Below are positions 12,744 to 25,523 of a DNA stretch of 59,021 nucleotides, one piece after another. The stretch is from Patellaria atrata CBS 101060 (Eukaryota). A program made the translations under genes and the position numbers. The stretch spans positions 496,001 through 555,021 of the forward strand of contig MU006104.1 in NCBI GenBank assembly GCA_010093705.1, given 5' to 3'. Each line of letters opens with the position of its first letter. Position 1 is the stretch's first letter. The notes beneath the pieces were generated by a model, which did not search any database, had not been told where the DNA came from, and saw only the letters and a list, made by a program, of their open reading frames with translations.

Positions 12744-12870
12744 TTTGAAAAATGCAATATCACTTTTGTATTAGTACCGGCCGGAATCGTAGCGAATGTG
12801 AATACAAGACCAGAATTTCAGGGAAAAAACTACTTGAAGCGCCCCATGAATACCACATGTTGAAACACGC

Positions 12871-14304
12871 CTAACCCGGTAGCTCAGGCAACTCGTTCTC
12901 TTGGGGGATCTGCCTCCTTTTCCGTTTCTTCAATGGCCGCTTTTCTCCTTCAAGCCTATCTTTCTGCTCAGCCACACGTTTTGATCCCGTTGATGCTTGA
13001 GGATTTGAATCTCGAGCCTGCAAGGCCGTATCCGGATTTATCCCCGATACTCTACCTTGGCTTCTTGTGCGTGGAGCAGATTTCAGGGGGCGAATTAGCT
13101 TCTCCTTGCGCGCTTGATTTTTTACACGAGTTATTAGATTCATCTTCCGAGTCGAGATTCGTAGGTTTAGTGAGTCTAGCAGTTTTGTCTTCTTTGCAGC
13201 AGCTCTAGTCTGTCTCATGGTCTGGCTTTGCGTAGAAGTGCTAGCTTTCGCTGTAGGCTCAGGCTCAACGCAGGTCTGAATCATCCTCGACGCCGATTCC
13301 GTTACTATCGCTGGTACATCAGGATTCTGTTCTATTATGTTTCTACTCTGGATGTTTTCAACTTCGGACTGTTCAGCCGTCTGACAGGTGACTGGATTAC
13401 GAGAGCCTGGAGTCGGACTGGATATGAGATCTTGGCTGGAAGATCGAATTGGATTTCCTATTGTATGTGAAGTTGTATTCTTATAGTTTTCTCGTGATGA
13501 ACTTCGTAGTGTTGGACTTCTTATAAGTGGTGCAAATTCTGGACGCTTCATCTGTGGAGGTGACATTTGGGGACTCTCAGGCACTAGAACCTTCCCAAAT
13601 GAATTTTGAGTATTTTCTTCACCGTCCGTAGTGAGCTCTGAATTGGCCCTCATTGGCGGAGTTCGACGATCTTCAGTAGTTCTGAGAGTTTCGCGATTGA
13701 TCGATTGCTGAAGTTGTTCGATGGCTTCCCGATTCGAGGCTTCAATGACCTCCATCCTGCCCAGCAATGCTCTCATTCTGATTCCATCCTCACCCCTTCC
13801 AGTCTCAACGACATCTAACCTGCGACTAAGGACTCTCGCATCCGTGGGATTGTCTTTCCTTCCTATCTTCTCTTCGAGTTTCGTGTCTTTCTGCTCCTTA
13901 GTTTCTAAATTTTCAAGTCTCATCGTCAAGTTCTCGGCCTCTGTATCTATTTTCTCCACAGCATTGCTCATTTCTCTGAAATCTGTTCGCAGTACTCCGA
14001 TCGTCTTCCCCAAAGCAGCCAATCTAGTATCTGTATCGGAAATCTTTGAATGGGTCTCAGCATCCAATTTCTCAATCCAGATTCTAAGTTCATCCATACT
14101 CTTTGATATAGTAGTCAACCTCTTCTCATTATCAGCGACATTTTTCTTGATGACCTGCTCGCTAGCCTCGATGTTCTTGGATGTTGTTTCTAACCGTTTG
14201 ATCAAATCCTCAACGCACTTCACTCGTTCCAGCAGGTATGTGTGCTCTTTCTTCAACTGGTGAGCCCACAGGAGGGATGTTGGACTGGAAGGGCGAGGCG
14301 CCAT
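12871..14304 (-). CDS. Hypothetical protein with N-terminal coiled coil and basic C-terminus (possible NLS)
   Basis: Intronless 477-aa ORF. Heptad-rich N-terminal half, S/T/P-rich disordered tail ending KRPLKKRKRR. Confidence 0.8.
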   Translation of the reverse strand: MAPRPSSPTSLLWAHQLKKEHTYLLERVKCVEDLIKRLETTSKNIEASEQVIKKNVADNEKRLTTISKSMDELRIWIEKLDAETHSKISDTDTRLAALGKTIGVLRTDFREMSNAVEKIDTEAENLTMRLENLETKEQKDTKLEEKIGRKDNPTDARVLSRRLDVVETGRGEDGIRMRALLGRMEVIEASNREAIEQLQQSINRETLRTTEDRRTPPMRANSELTTDGEENTQNSFGKVLVPESPQMSPPQMKRPEFAPLIRSPTLRSSSRENYKNTTSHTIGNPIRSSSQDLISSPTPGSRNPVTCQTAEQSEVENIQSRNIIEQNPDVPAIVTESASRMIQTCVEPEPTAKASTSTQSQTMRQTRAAAKKTKLLDSLNLRISTRKMNLITRVKNQARKEKLIRPLKSAPRTRSQGRVSGINPDTALQARDSNPQASTGSKRVAEQKDRLEGEKRPLKKRKRRQIPQENELPELPG

Positions 14305-14514
14305 TTTGCAATCAAAGCAGATCGAGCAGTGCGATGTGAAGGACGCAGAAAGATTTCAGATCAGGGGAACGACTATAACGAGCCAAAGCAGTACTGGAAA
14401 CTGGAGAATGCGAACGTGATGCTTCAAAGAGTTACGATATAGCTGGGCCTATCACAGTGTTAGCTTTCACTCCTCTGCTAATCAGATACCTTGTGGGAAT
14501 AATTACCAACCGAG

Positions 14515-15363
14515 CTATGAGCGAAGTCCTAGGAGTGGACACACGATCAAATATGTTATATGAACAATAGTGAAAAAGGGTACGACAAAGAGACAGTAGT
14601 TCAGTGGATAGTGGATAATCAGAAGTATATATAGAGGTATGTACCACAACAGTAACAAGAAGACTCCCAAGATGAGAGCTATGATAATGTTGGCCGAGCG
14701 GCTTCTGGTCCCAAAGACGATATAATAATCTCTGGAGAAGTTTAGAAAGTAGACAAGGATCGACTGCGTACGATAGAAATCGATTGCAAAGACTAGCATG
14801 CTGAAAGTTAGTGAAGACTGCGTATACAATATACTTGAAGATGGAATTGAAAATGACCGAGAAAACTGTTGAACGAAGAGAAGAAGTGGAGGTTGATCCA
14901 GCGGGAGCAGATTTCTCTACTGTGCAAGATGAACGAAACTTGAGCAGGTACGATTGAATACCATCATACCAGATCGTACCTTCAGGTATCGCCTGGTCTG
15001 TTTCAGGAATGTCAGTGACCATCATGTTTCCCCGTTCGGTGATCTGATACTCGGCCGTACTTACCACAATATCACTGGATTCGGTCGATGAGCCGAACGC
15101 ACAATCTCACACCCAACGTATAGCATCAAAATAAGGAAGAACGGAAAAAAAATCCAGTCGAAAGGTTTAGGCGTGTGATCGAGAATTATGCCCAACAGGA
15201 AAACGAAAAATGCGCACAGGAAGCCCAAAATGAACGATATGGCAGGGTTTCCGAAGGTATCTCGAAGGTCAATGATACACCAATGGGTTTCGGTGCTGAA
15301 ATCTGGGGTTCTGATGGTGACTGGATTCACGGGAGGATGGTAATTGAATCGGAGGTGTAGCAT
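14515..15363 (-). CDS. Putative orphan multi-pass membrane protein; exon structure uncertain
   Basis: Two hydrophobic ORFs (15061-15363, 14515-14829) separated by a canonical GTAAGT donor at ~15064, a CTGAC branch point and candidate acceptors near 14993 and 14917. Confidence 0.4.
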
Positions 15364-16218
15364 GCTGATCGGTATTAAGACTGCATGCAGATATGTTTGA
15401 ATGGAAGTGTGAATGGAAGTGTGATCGAATGGAAATGTATGAAAATGAAAATTTGTAAAGTAGAAGTTTGGTTATGGATGGTAAGAAAATGGAAGAGATA
15501 AAATGCCTTTTAGACGGGTTTAACAGAACTGGAAGGAGCAAAGTGTCAAGTGTTAAATAGGTAGGCACGATTCAACACATTTAAACACATTCGACGTGAA
15601 CAGGTCCAGTAATAAGGTACCGGCATTCGGTAAATATCATGACTGTTAGTATATCCATGATCAATCCGAAAGATTTGAAAGGAAAGAGGGCATCACGAAG
15701 GGAAAATACTGGGTTTAGAGGTCAAGTGGAAAAAGCCCATCAAATCACCTCGACAGTGTACAAAGCTTAAGAGCTTGAAACCCATCTATTGCAGAAGAAG
15801 AAATTACCAAGGCCGAAACATGCGGCACGTCTATAAATGGTATATCGCAGATCAGAGAATCCCGACAACCATTATACGTGCAACAGAACCAAGCCCTACA
15901 TACACAGCTCTCCCGACTCGAAAATGAAGAGTCGAGAAGAGACGTCAGAATCATTTGAAACAAGCAAAGCACGAGCCAGCCTTTTCTTGAGACTATGCGT
16001 TTTGATGAAAGAGAATTAGACATCGAGATTATGACTACTAACGCCTGAATGCCAGAAGACATGGAAAGCCCAACGCACTCTACTTTTGAACGCCGCGTGT
16101 TAATACACTAGGCAGTTCTAAATGACACCACCTCGTCCGATGAATATCCTGGTAACTTGAGAAGTAACAAGACAAAGTCGTGAGGGGGAGTCCTTGATGC
16201 GTCGTGAGGCAGAAATAA

Positions 16219-17634
16219 TTAAATGAGATCTATAAACATGTGTTAGTGGGATCCTTGATCCAGTTCTGACATCGGGGTTATGCTTACCAGCAACGTTCAT
16301 GGGCATCTCTTCAATTTGGGTGCTGTAGAACTGTTCAATCTCTCTCATCATTCGTACATCGTCAGCCGTAACAAAGTTAATCGCAACACCTTTCCTGCCG
16401 AAACGCCCACCACGACCGATGCGATGGATATAGTTTTCGCGGTTGGCCGGAAGATCATAGTTGATAACAAGGGAAACCTGTTGAACGTCAATACCACGGG
16501 CAAGAAGATCCGTGGCGATAAGAACACGAGATGAACCGGAACGGAACTCCTTCATGATAACATCACGCTCTGCTTGAGCCATATCACCGTGCATGGCAGA
16601 GACGGTGAAGTCACGAGCAGTCAGCTTATCGGTAAGCCAGTCGACCTTTCTCCGAGTATTGCAGAAGATAACTGCTTGTGTGATAGTAACAGTCTCGTAC
16701 AAGTCAGAAAGAGTATCCAACTTCCAGTCCTCTTTCTCAACGGCAATGTAGAATTGCTTGATACCTTCAAGAGTGAGCTCGTCCTTCTTGACGAGGATAC
16801 GGACTGGGTCACGCATGAACTTAGTAGTAACCTCAAGGACGTCCTGAGGCATGGTCGCCGAGAGAAGAACGACTTGCGTGGATTGCGGGAGAAGCTGGAA
16901 GATGTCGTAGATTTGCTCTGTGAATCCACGGGATAACATCTCGTCAGCTTCGTCAAGAACGAACATCTTCATGTTGTCGGTCTTGAGGACGCGGCGCTGA
17001 ATCATATCCTGAACACGTCCAGGAGTACCAACGACGACCTGAGGACCGTCTTGCAGAGCCTTCATATCATCGCGAACGCTTGTGCCGCCAATACAAGCAT
17101 GGCATTCCACTTGCATAAAATCGCCAATAGCGACAACGACCTTTTGAATCTGTTGAGCTAATTCACGGGTGGGGGCAAGGATAAGAGCCTGGCACGCCTT
17201 GATGTTGGGATCAAGCTTCTGAAGGACGGAGATGGAGAAAGTGGCAGTTTTCCCCGTACCGGATTGCGCTTGAGCAATAACATCGGAGCCTATTGTGAAC
17301 TGTTAATGACTTGTTACTTCAGATACAGACGGAGATAAAAGGCATACCCTTGATAACCGGCATGATAGCACGGGATTGAATAGCTGAAGGACGTTCGAAG
17401 CCATAAGCATAAACACCGCGGAGCAACTCTGACTTGAGGTTCATCGAATCGAAGGAGTCAGTGATTTCATCGTAGTTAGACTCGATCTGAGCTATAGGTG
17501 GCGAGTGTTAGTACGGGCTCATATTCGATCTTCGACAAAAAAAATGCGCAATACCATCGCAGCCGTAAGACGATAGGAAAGAGTGAGAGAAGGACCATAC
17601 CATCGGGGATATCCTCAAGCCCTTTATCAGCCAT
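16219..17634 (-). CDS. TIF1: Eukaryotic translation initiation factor 4A (DEAD-box helicase)
   Basis: [11 protein letters not shown] start. Motifs [45 protein letters not shown]. The last intron (~16287-16230) gives the canonical end [14 protein letters not shown]. Confidence 0.97.
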
Positions 17635-18194
17635 GATTGCGGTGGAGAATGGGTTGATCACAGGCGCTGTGCTGTGATCGTGAAAAGTTGTCTGGTGGTG
17701 GGGCTGTTAGAAGCGATGGTGATCCTTCGGATTACCGCCGCGAGTTGTTGAAATTTGTACTGAAAAACTAGAAACCTAACTCTCTAAGAATGAGAGTTAT
17801 ACGGTATCTAGTGATATGAAGTTGTTCTATTGTAGTTTCTTTGGGTTGGTGAGTGATGGAGGGAGGGAGAGATGGTACAAGTTATAAAGAAGAAAGTCCA
17901 ACGAAAAAAATTAGCCGAACGCGCTAGCACCAGGTCTTCAACCCAACCACGGTGGAGGGAACCGGGAGGCAACAAATCAACTAAGGGGATATCTCACTTT
18001 CTTCCAGCTTCTTTTACTCTTTAGTGACTCTTACGAATCTGAATTGCCGCTGAAAAGAATGGACAAACTGGTTGGAAATTAGGCCCGCTATTCGTTGTCC
18101 TGGACTTCATAGACATTCAGCTACTGGTTCTACAGGTATTGTAGTGGTGGGAGGAGCAAATATTTCACAGGGCCAGATTCATGACGAGAAGGCC

Positions 18195-19887
18195 ATGTCC
18201 CCATCTGCGGTACCAGTAGATGACTGTCAACCTGCAAGCTATGAAGATGACTCAGACCGTCCTATCAAAAGAGTAAAGCTTTCAATATCAAATCGTGATG
18301 GTACGCCCGAGCTGGGTGTAGAAGAGATATCACAAACGGTGCCGCCTCATCCGTTGGGCATAAAACCGTCAGGAAATGCATATTCATCCGATATCAACAT
18401 AAAGGATGCATGCGGTGGATTTCAAATATTACCGGATGAACTCGTTATACAGGTATTGGAATATTTGAACGCATCGTCTTTAGTAGCACTTGGGGCAACT
18501 TGTAAGGCGCTGTATGCTTTTACAAGAGCTGAGGAATTGTGGAAGTCACTTTTCATTGAGTATGTTACATGTCTATCTCATTTCTTATATCTACTGTCTC
18601 AGGCTAGTGTATCCTATGAAGTAGCCTGGTAAACGACCTGCTTAGTGGAATTATAATCATATCATGATCTTGTATACATGTTGAATATGTGCTGATCCTA
18701 TCTGCACTAGATATCCCCTAAAGAACTTCACCTGGAAGAGGACATGGCGCTCTACTTATTTAAACCTCCCTTCATATAGGGAAGCTCATGTGTCTTGCCG
18801 GAACTTGTTCTCTGATGCTCTCTACCGCCCCTATTTCTGTACATACACGTCTTTGCGACCATACACCACCGCAATCCCCGCTCAAAACGAAATCCAGCGT
18901 CTAACGAACCTCACACAGGAGGAGTTCAATAGTAGCTGGCTGGGTAAACCGTTTATTCTAACTTCGCCCGTGAAGGAGTGGCCTGTGTACTGGCAGTGGA
19001 CGATCGATAATCTACTAAAACGATATCATGATACCAGCTTCCGCGCCGAAGCCGTAGATTGGCTATTCCATCATTATATTTCCTATATGCGCGATTCATC
19101 AGATGAAAGTCCCCTGTACCTCTTCGACAGCCGCTTTGTAGAAAAGATGGGTCTCACCGTCGGTCGGGACGAAGAGGATGCCTCGTACTGGATACCCGAC
19201 TGCTTCGGGGGAGACCTATTCAATATTCTAGGAGACCAACGACCGAACAGTCGTTGGCTGATCATAGGGCCTACCAGAAGCGGTAGTACGTTCCACAAGG
19301 ATCCCAATGCGACGTCCGCTTGGAACGCCGTCATTCAAGGCTCGAAATACTGGATAATGTTTCCACCGTCAAAGACTGGTGAGCTTCCGCCTGGGATTTT
19401 TCTCAGTGCTGATCAGTCCGAGATCACAAGTCCGTTGAGTATCGCGGAATATCTGCTCGAATTTCATGCATTAGCACGTAAGACTCCAGGATGTAAGGAA
19501 GGGATTTGCTACCGTGGGGAGGTCTTATACGTACCGAGTGGCTGGTTTCATCTTGTGCTGAACCTTGAGGATGGGATTGCTATAACACAAAATTTTGTGC
19601 CGAGAGCAAGACTGGGAGAAGTGTTGACGTTTCTAAAGGATATGCCAGAGCAGGTCAGCGGATTTAAGGACGAAGTGGTGGATCCGTATGGGCTATTAAC
19701 ACAAAAACTCAGAGAGCAAATGCCGGAAATATTAGAGGAAGCGTTGAAAGGGATGGAACTAAAAGCTAAGGGCAGCAAAGCAAAATGGGAGGAGTTAACA
19801 CGAAGCGAGAAGGACGAAGAAGTATTGGGTGGAGGCTTTATTTTTGGGTTCGGTGGTGACGAAGAGGACGATGATGAGATACCGTGA
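18195..19887 (+). CDS. F-box and JmjC domain protein (JMJD6-like 2OG/Fe dioxygenase)
   Basis: F-box LPDELVIQVLEYL, intron ~18560-18710, JmjC SGSTFHKDPNATSAWN...YVPSGWFHLVLN with an intact HxD...H triad. Confidence 0.92.
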
Positions 19888-20168
19888 CATAATTCAAGTT
19901 CTCTCCTTGGACAGAATGGTCAACTACAGCATTCACTTTGTGGAACCACCATTTGTGAACCGATCAAAACAAGCATATCATTGTGAAGGAGTGTAGCTTC
20001 GACTAGGCCTACGAAACAGAAGACAAATGACACAAGTAGTGATACGACTGCCGAAAGAGTGACTAGGAACTCCCAGTGATCATCCTCCTTCCACACCATT
20101 CCTTCACCCCCTCAACCAGTAGTCCCTTTCCCGCTTCTGGGACAGTCTCAAACATACTGCTATATCCA

Positions 20169-20520
20169 CTATGGGGGGCAGACAGGGACAGGGCTAGTCG
20201 CCAAAAGAGCAGTGAGTCCAGGAATGCAATTAGCACATGCGCAAAGCTTCGACACTAGTCAGCATACTTATCTTCTGAAATGCTGCTATCATTATAAGAG
20301 AAGGTAGGATAACAGAACTTACAGCAGGGATGTTGGTAGTGCAGGCTAAAACAGCATCAAGGTCCTGGGCAATAACAGCTGGAAGGATACACCCAATCCT
20401 AGATAGGACGAAGTTTCGGCATTGGGTGCTAAGGCAGTTCAACTGACGCTCCTCGAGGGCAGAAGGAGCAGCAATGGCTGAGGTCGCGAAGACGGCAGCG
20501 AGGATGGTAGAGAAACGCAT
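20169..20520 (-). CDS. Small secreted 8-Cys protein, possibly fungal calcium-binding protein (CBP)-like
   Basis: Signal peptide MRFSTILAAVFATSAIA, propeptide ending LEER, intron 20322-20247. Mature part QLNCLSTQCRNFVLSRIGCILPAVIAQDLDAVLACTTNIPA|LCACANCIPGLTALLATSPVPVCPP. TATA-like element near 20665. The family call is from memory of the Cys spacing. Confidence 0.8.
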
Positions 20521-23500
20521 ATTGCTTGAGTTTGGATGAGACTGAAGAGCTCGGAACTGATGAAGCAGACAGTTTAGCTTTGAGTGAAGATAGGTCGCTG
20601 TTGGTACTGAATGATCGAGCTTGCTGGTGGATAGAGATATTGGAGGAAGAGTAGGAGCCTTTTATAGACGTTGGATACCCTCCCTCCTATCTTTTCTCTC
20701 GGAAAGTCCGCAATGAGAACCTTACTGAGTTCGATGTTGGGTATCCATCACAATCCCTTTGATGCATCTTCTGAGACCACACCCAAGATACTGTGACTAA
20801 ACATGAAGCCTCAAAGGTAATACAATCTGTCAGCTATCGCAGTAATAATGTGCGCCTAAGGCTTGAATGCGAGATGATATTCCATTATCTAAACGCTTGA
20901 CAAGTTATTTGGACGAGACTGGACATGTAATTGAACACAGAATACACTACTGGTTGGAACGATGCCGTAAACCCGCCATCGAGCAATCCTTATAGCAACT
21001 ATCTCGTCTAAGATGCCTCAATTTGGGCATATCTAGCAATTCCTCTGTATGGCAGGCAATGCGGAGAAGACCACTTTCGACAAAAAAGAAAAGAGGGCGA
21101 TGTTTATGGATAATCATTGATCCTATAGATGTGTTGTTACCCTATGTGCGGTATAGTTCGATTGCATGAGCTAAATGATCATAAGATGGACGTATCTATT
21201 GGTGGACGGTTGCTGCAGGAAGAGCTGCCAGACCAATCAACCACGTGGTTATTATTTAGATACACATAGACCGGAGCAGTGGGGTTGAAAACTCTGCTGC
21301 AGAAAATATTTATCTCCGAGCCGTACGTTGTGTGAAAACCTAAAGGAAATCTCTGTATACTGGCTATGGTCGTACAGTAGTGCTAATGTGTAACCGTGGA
21401 GCTAATAGATTAGCCAATCTAGTCCTCGTTCTTTACTATATTGTATACAAGGCTTTAACGACCCTTTTTAATCCATGCTGGGAGAACATAGCAGACGCCT
21501 TAAGATCCATATATCGAGTATGTGCCGTAGAAACTATCATTGCATGTGTGGTGAGAACCGATCACGCACTCTCATGCAAAGTAACAGGCTCTCGCTTGCG
21601 GGGAAGCAACCGAGCCAGTGAGAAGATGCAAGGTCCGTACAGTCAAGTATGGATCGTTTCAGACCGCAGATGTCCGCGAGAGATTGAAAAAGACGTGTCC
21701 CTCTATTAGTAGTACCAGTTCTAATATCCACCAGTGGAAAGGAATGCTGTCAGAAAGTCTAGGATGGGTACTATTTTCCGATAAATTCCAGCCTTTGGCG
21801 CTCTCGGCGAAGTTGGAAAAAGCCCTGCGTGCCATACAACCACCAGTAATAAGCGAAGACAAGATCAAAACTAGTCAGACGAGTATAAGAAAAAAGTTCT
21901 TTTTTTTTTTTTGAATGTATTGGTGCGCATTAGGTTACTAGGTTCTTCTAAGGACGGAGGGTGCTTAGCAAAGAACTGACTTTGACTCAAGACACTAACT
22001 TAGGAGAATTTAAATTGATCTACAAGTAGAGAGAAAGCGTAGAAAACGATTTAGAGAGAGCTGCCTTATGTAGCTACCCGCAGCTATAGTATAAGAGGTA
22101 GCGGGAGATCTACGATTAGTTGACCTTGAAACTCTACCCGCACCACTAAAACTTTTAAGGTTCTAATCCACGTGGTAATAGGACAACGTCGATCTCAAGT
22201 AATCCGGGGAACCGGACGAGTACCAGAAACTCATCCATCCTGTAGTGGGTGCTGGAACATTAGAATCGACTGGATCCAAGAGACTATTACAATCTAAGTG
22301 AGTGAGGCAGAGCACGATCTTTCTCAGGTCTTGATGCACATTAGATATTCCGATGTGCGATCTCCTCTGCTGACATGTATAACCCTCTCTAACTGTAGAA
22401 GATCGTCATAGCGGGATAGTATATGCAGGTGACAAGATCGGCACTGCTTTTTTCTCTTGGAGAATAATTGAAACGGAAGGAAGAGATGGCCGAGGGCCGA
22501 GAGTAACCCGCGGAAGGTGTGAAAGTGAGGAATAACTGTACAGCAAGAGCTACATATTAGGCGTGCCTGAGGTCTTTACTATTGGTGGCGAGCATGTGGG
22601 GCGGGTTTACTTGTTCACCACTCAGCCATGTAATGAGGGTAGATATGTTGGTGTCCTCTCTAGCTGTCGTCGTTGCGGCCAAAAGCATCACGGTAGTTCA
22701 TGAGAAAAACACGACCTATCCGATGTCAATATAGGCGTGGTTGGATTCTCGCCGTGGCAAGCCTTCCAGCTCACCACTATCCATAGAAACGCCCAGTTGA
22801 TGTCGCATTAGCATGGAGCGCGAACTATTGGTGGCCTAATCCATTTTTTGGGGACCTTCTAACCTTGCGCTGGCAAAGGACGCTTTCAATTTCTTTTTTG
22901 AAAAGAGAGGGGAAGGGCGTTACAGGGAGGAGCATTGTATATCAACGATTCCGTTCTGTTGAACAAATGATTTTAGTAAGTGGAAGCATCTGTGAAAGGG
23001 GATATCTACCAATCAGAGGATAAAACCGGGAGCGTGAGAGCAGAGAGTAGTCGCCTCGGCGTGAGAAGGAAGTTCTGTCTGAATTGAGACATAGGCCATT
23101 TCGATACAATAAGCAATCCCTACTGCATGACGTGAACAGAATGATCTTATGAACATTGATGGAATCCATATGTGTTTGTTTTTGATCTTGAGGAGCTCCA
23201 GACAGCGTCGTTCAAGAAACGGAGTACTCTCGAGCGAGCAAAGCAAAGCACTTTTGGTGTCAACTTCGACATGCTGTGGCCCAAGTTTCTTGAATTGAAT
23301 GCATTCTCCGAAATTTGTATATTATAAGGCTTTATTGGTACCCGGTGAAACCCTCTAGGATGACTTTCTACGCGCAATTGTACGGTAGGGTATTATAAGT
23401 TGGCAGGAGTATCTTTTTCTGAAAATGTGTGGGTTCTTCGTTTCCCTGAATTATCTATTTTGTCTTTCCAAATCTCCTCTACTGTCTTTATGTATCTTCT

Positions 23501-24166
23501 CGTAGATGCTCCCCGTCAATAATGGATCTTTCGATGCTTTTACTTCCGATCCATTGAGACATCGCCGAGTGATTCCCATCGCTTGGATTCAGATACTTTT
23601 GCTGGTGGAGCGATGGTGAAAAGCGCGTGAGAAACCTAGACGGCTATTTGGTATATTATTTACACCCTCAAAGATTTAGAACTGATATATCTAAGAAGTG
23701 TACATCAACACGACGAGATTCAATTCGATGGCGTCAAGAGTTCCCAGTCCCAGTTACCTTATCGTCTGAATGGAAGCTCCAATTCTAGCTAGATCACGTG
23801 ATTCGACTGTCGGAATCAAGTCGGGACGGATTGCCCGCAAAGTACCCCACTTGGGCATGAAGCTCTAACAGGCAATGAATATAAGTGAATATTACTTTGT
23901 AATGACAGACTGTGACCTAATACTCCGATTATCACTCCTATAATCAACAAACGTGTTGTATCCTGATTCACTGACCTTGTGATCCCTATCCACCTCACCG
24001 AAGCCCGCCATCAGCCGCACGAGGCTGTGGTATTTGAACATTGTTTGCGATCCTTCTAAAGGCCTTTGGGGTGAATTGTATCCTATCAACCTCCTCGAAT
24101 CTTATATACAATTCCTACACTTTCGATCTTTTATAAATTATCACCTAACATTCTTCGGTCCGGAAT

Positions 24167-25523
24167 ATGGCGTATAACAAAGGGTATAACCCAGATGCAC
24201 TTCCAGCGCACGCCGAGCCTGACCAGGTAACTCTACACATCTCTCATTTGTTATTGGAAGTTATCTAAAACATTAGTAGGCAGCGGCAATAATTTCAGGT
24301 CAATCAAGAGACTCACGAGACTCACGTCCTCCTCCACGAACCTCATCTCGGCCGGATGCCTACTCAAACAAACCTCTACCTGGACCGGGACAGCTTCGAC
24401 CAGATGACCGCTATGGGGGTCGAAATACCGCACCTCCTCTAAGAGACAGATATGATGATAGACCACGGTATGATGATCGATATGACAATCGACAGAACTC
24501 TAGATACAGTGATTCCCATCAGAGTCATCATGGTTATGGCTCCCCTCCTCCCCCAGCGGATTATGGACATGGTCCACCACCTCAGGGATATCACAATCGT
24601 CCTCCAGCAAGGCCTCCACCTACACCTGCTCTGCCATCAAGAGACCCGAATGACAGGGATGCTTTGTGGAGGTTGTTCGGGCAAGTGGACAAAGATCGTA
24701 CGTACTGGGTGGGATTCTCCCGTCACGAGTCTGTCAATCTAACTGTAACATGAAGGAAGCGGACAACTAACAGAGAGTGAGCTACGAGCGGCTCTTGTCA
24801 ATGGCGATTATTCTTCATTTGACCCCCATACTGTCAAAATGATGATAAGGTATTCAGTGATCTTCAGAATCAGTGCAAAGGACAAATAGCTGATGCTTGG
24901 ATATCTTAGAATGTTTGATACGGACAGATCAGGAACCATAAACTTTGAAGAATTCTGGTATCTTCACAATTTATTCTTGAACCCCTTTTACCCATTACCC
25001 CCTTGAGCATAAAGTTCCCCCTCTTCCCTCTCGCATAACCTAACACCCTCCCCCTTAGTGGTCTCTGGGGCTTCCTCTCCGCCTGGCGTGGTCTCTTCGA
25101 CCGCTTTGATGCCGATCGCTCCGGCTCGATCCAATACCACGAATTCACCGAAGCTCTCGTCGCCTTCGGGTACCGTCTCTCTCCTCAGTTCACGACGCTA
25201 CTCTTCCGCACTTACGACCGCCGCGGCGACAACGCCATCAGCTTCGACCTCTTCGTGCAAGCCTGCATCAGCTTAAAGCGCATGACGGATGTGTTTAAGA
25301 AGTACGATGAGGATCGGGATGGGTATATCACTTTGAGCTTGTGAGTAACCAAACCCTCATGTCGACTTCTTGGTTGTTTGGGACTAGTGTTGGCTGACTG
25401 ATACCGTCTGCTTCGATGCTACAGTGAAGAATTCCTCACAGGTGCGCAAGGCCTCTTCCTCTTCAACAGCATCTCCCCGGCCACTGATACCGGCCTGTAC
25501 TAGAAATCATAAGCCAGCGCTAA
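24167..25523 (+). CDS. PEF1: Penta-EF-hand calcium-binding protein (peflin/ALG-2-like)
   Basis: MAYNKGYNPDALPAHAEPDQ start, Pro-rich N-terminus, EF hands DKDRSGQLTESEL, DTDRSGTINFEEF, DADRSGSIQYHEF, DEDRDGYITLSFEEFL. Six introns. Confidence 0.92.

Noticed and set aside
16118..16287. ORF-track eIF4A C-terminal extension (...[10 protein letters not shown]...GGVI)
   Set aside because: It is read-through of a canonical GTAAGC...CTAAC...TAG intron. Splicing restores the conserved ...MNVADLI end.
20169..20520. Hydrophobin call for the 8-Cys secreted protein
   Set aside because: It lacks the two CC doublets of the hydrophobin C-CC-C-C-CC-C pattern.
21200..23810. Three CACGTG E-boxes and several short ORFs in the long intergenic region
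   Set aside because: The hexamers are too short to support a claim alone, and the ORFs show no motifs, consistent splice structure or coding bias.
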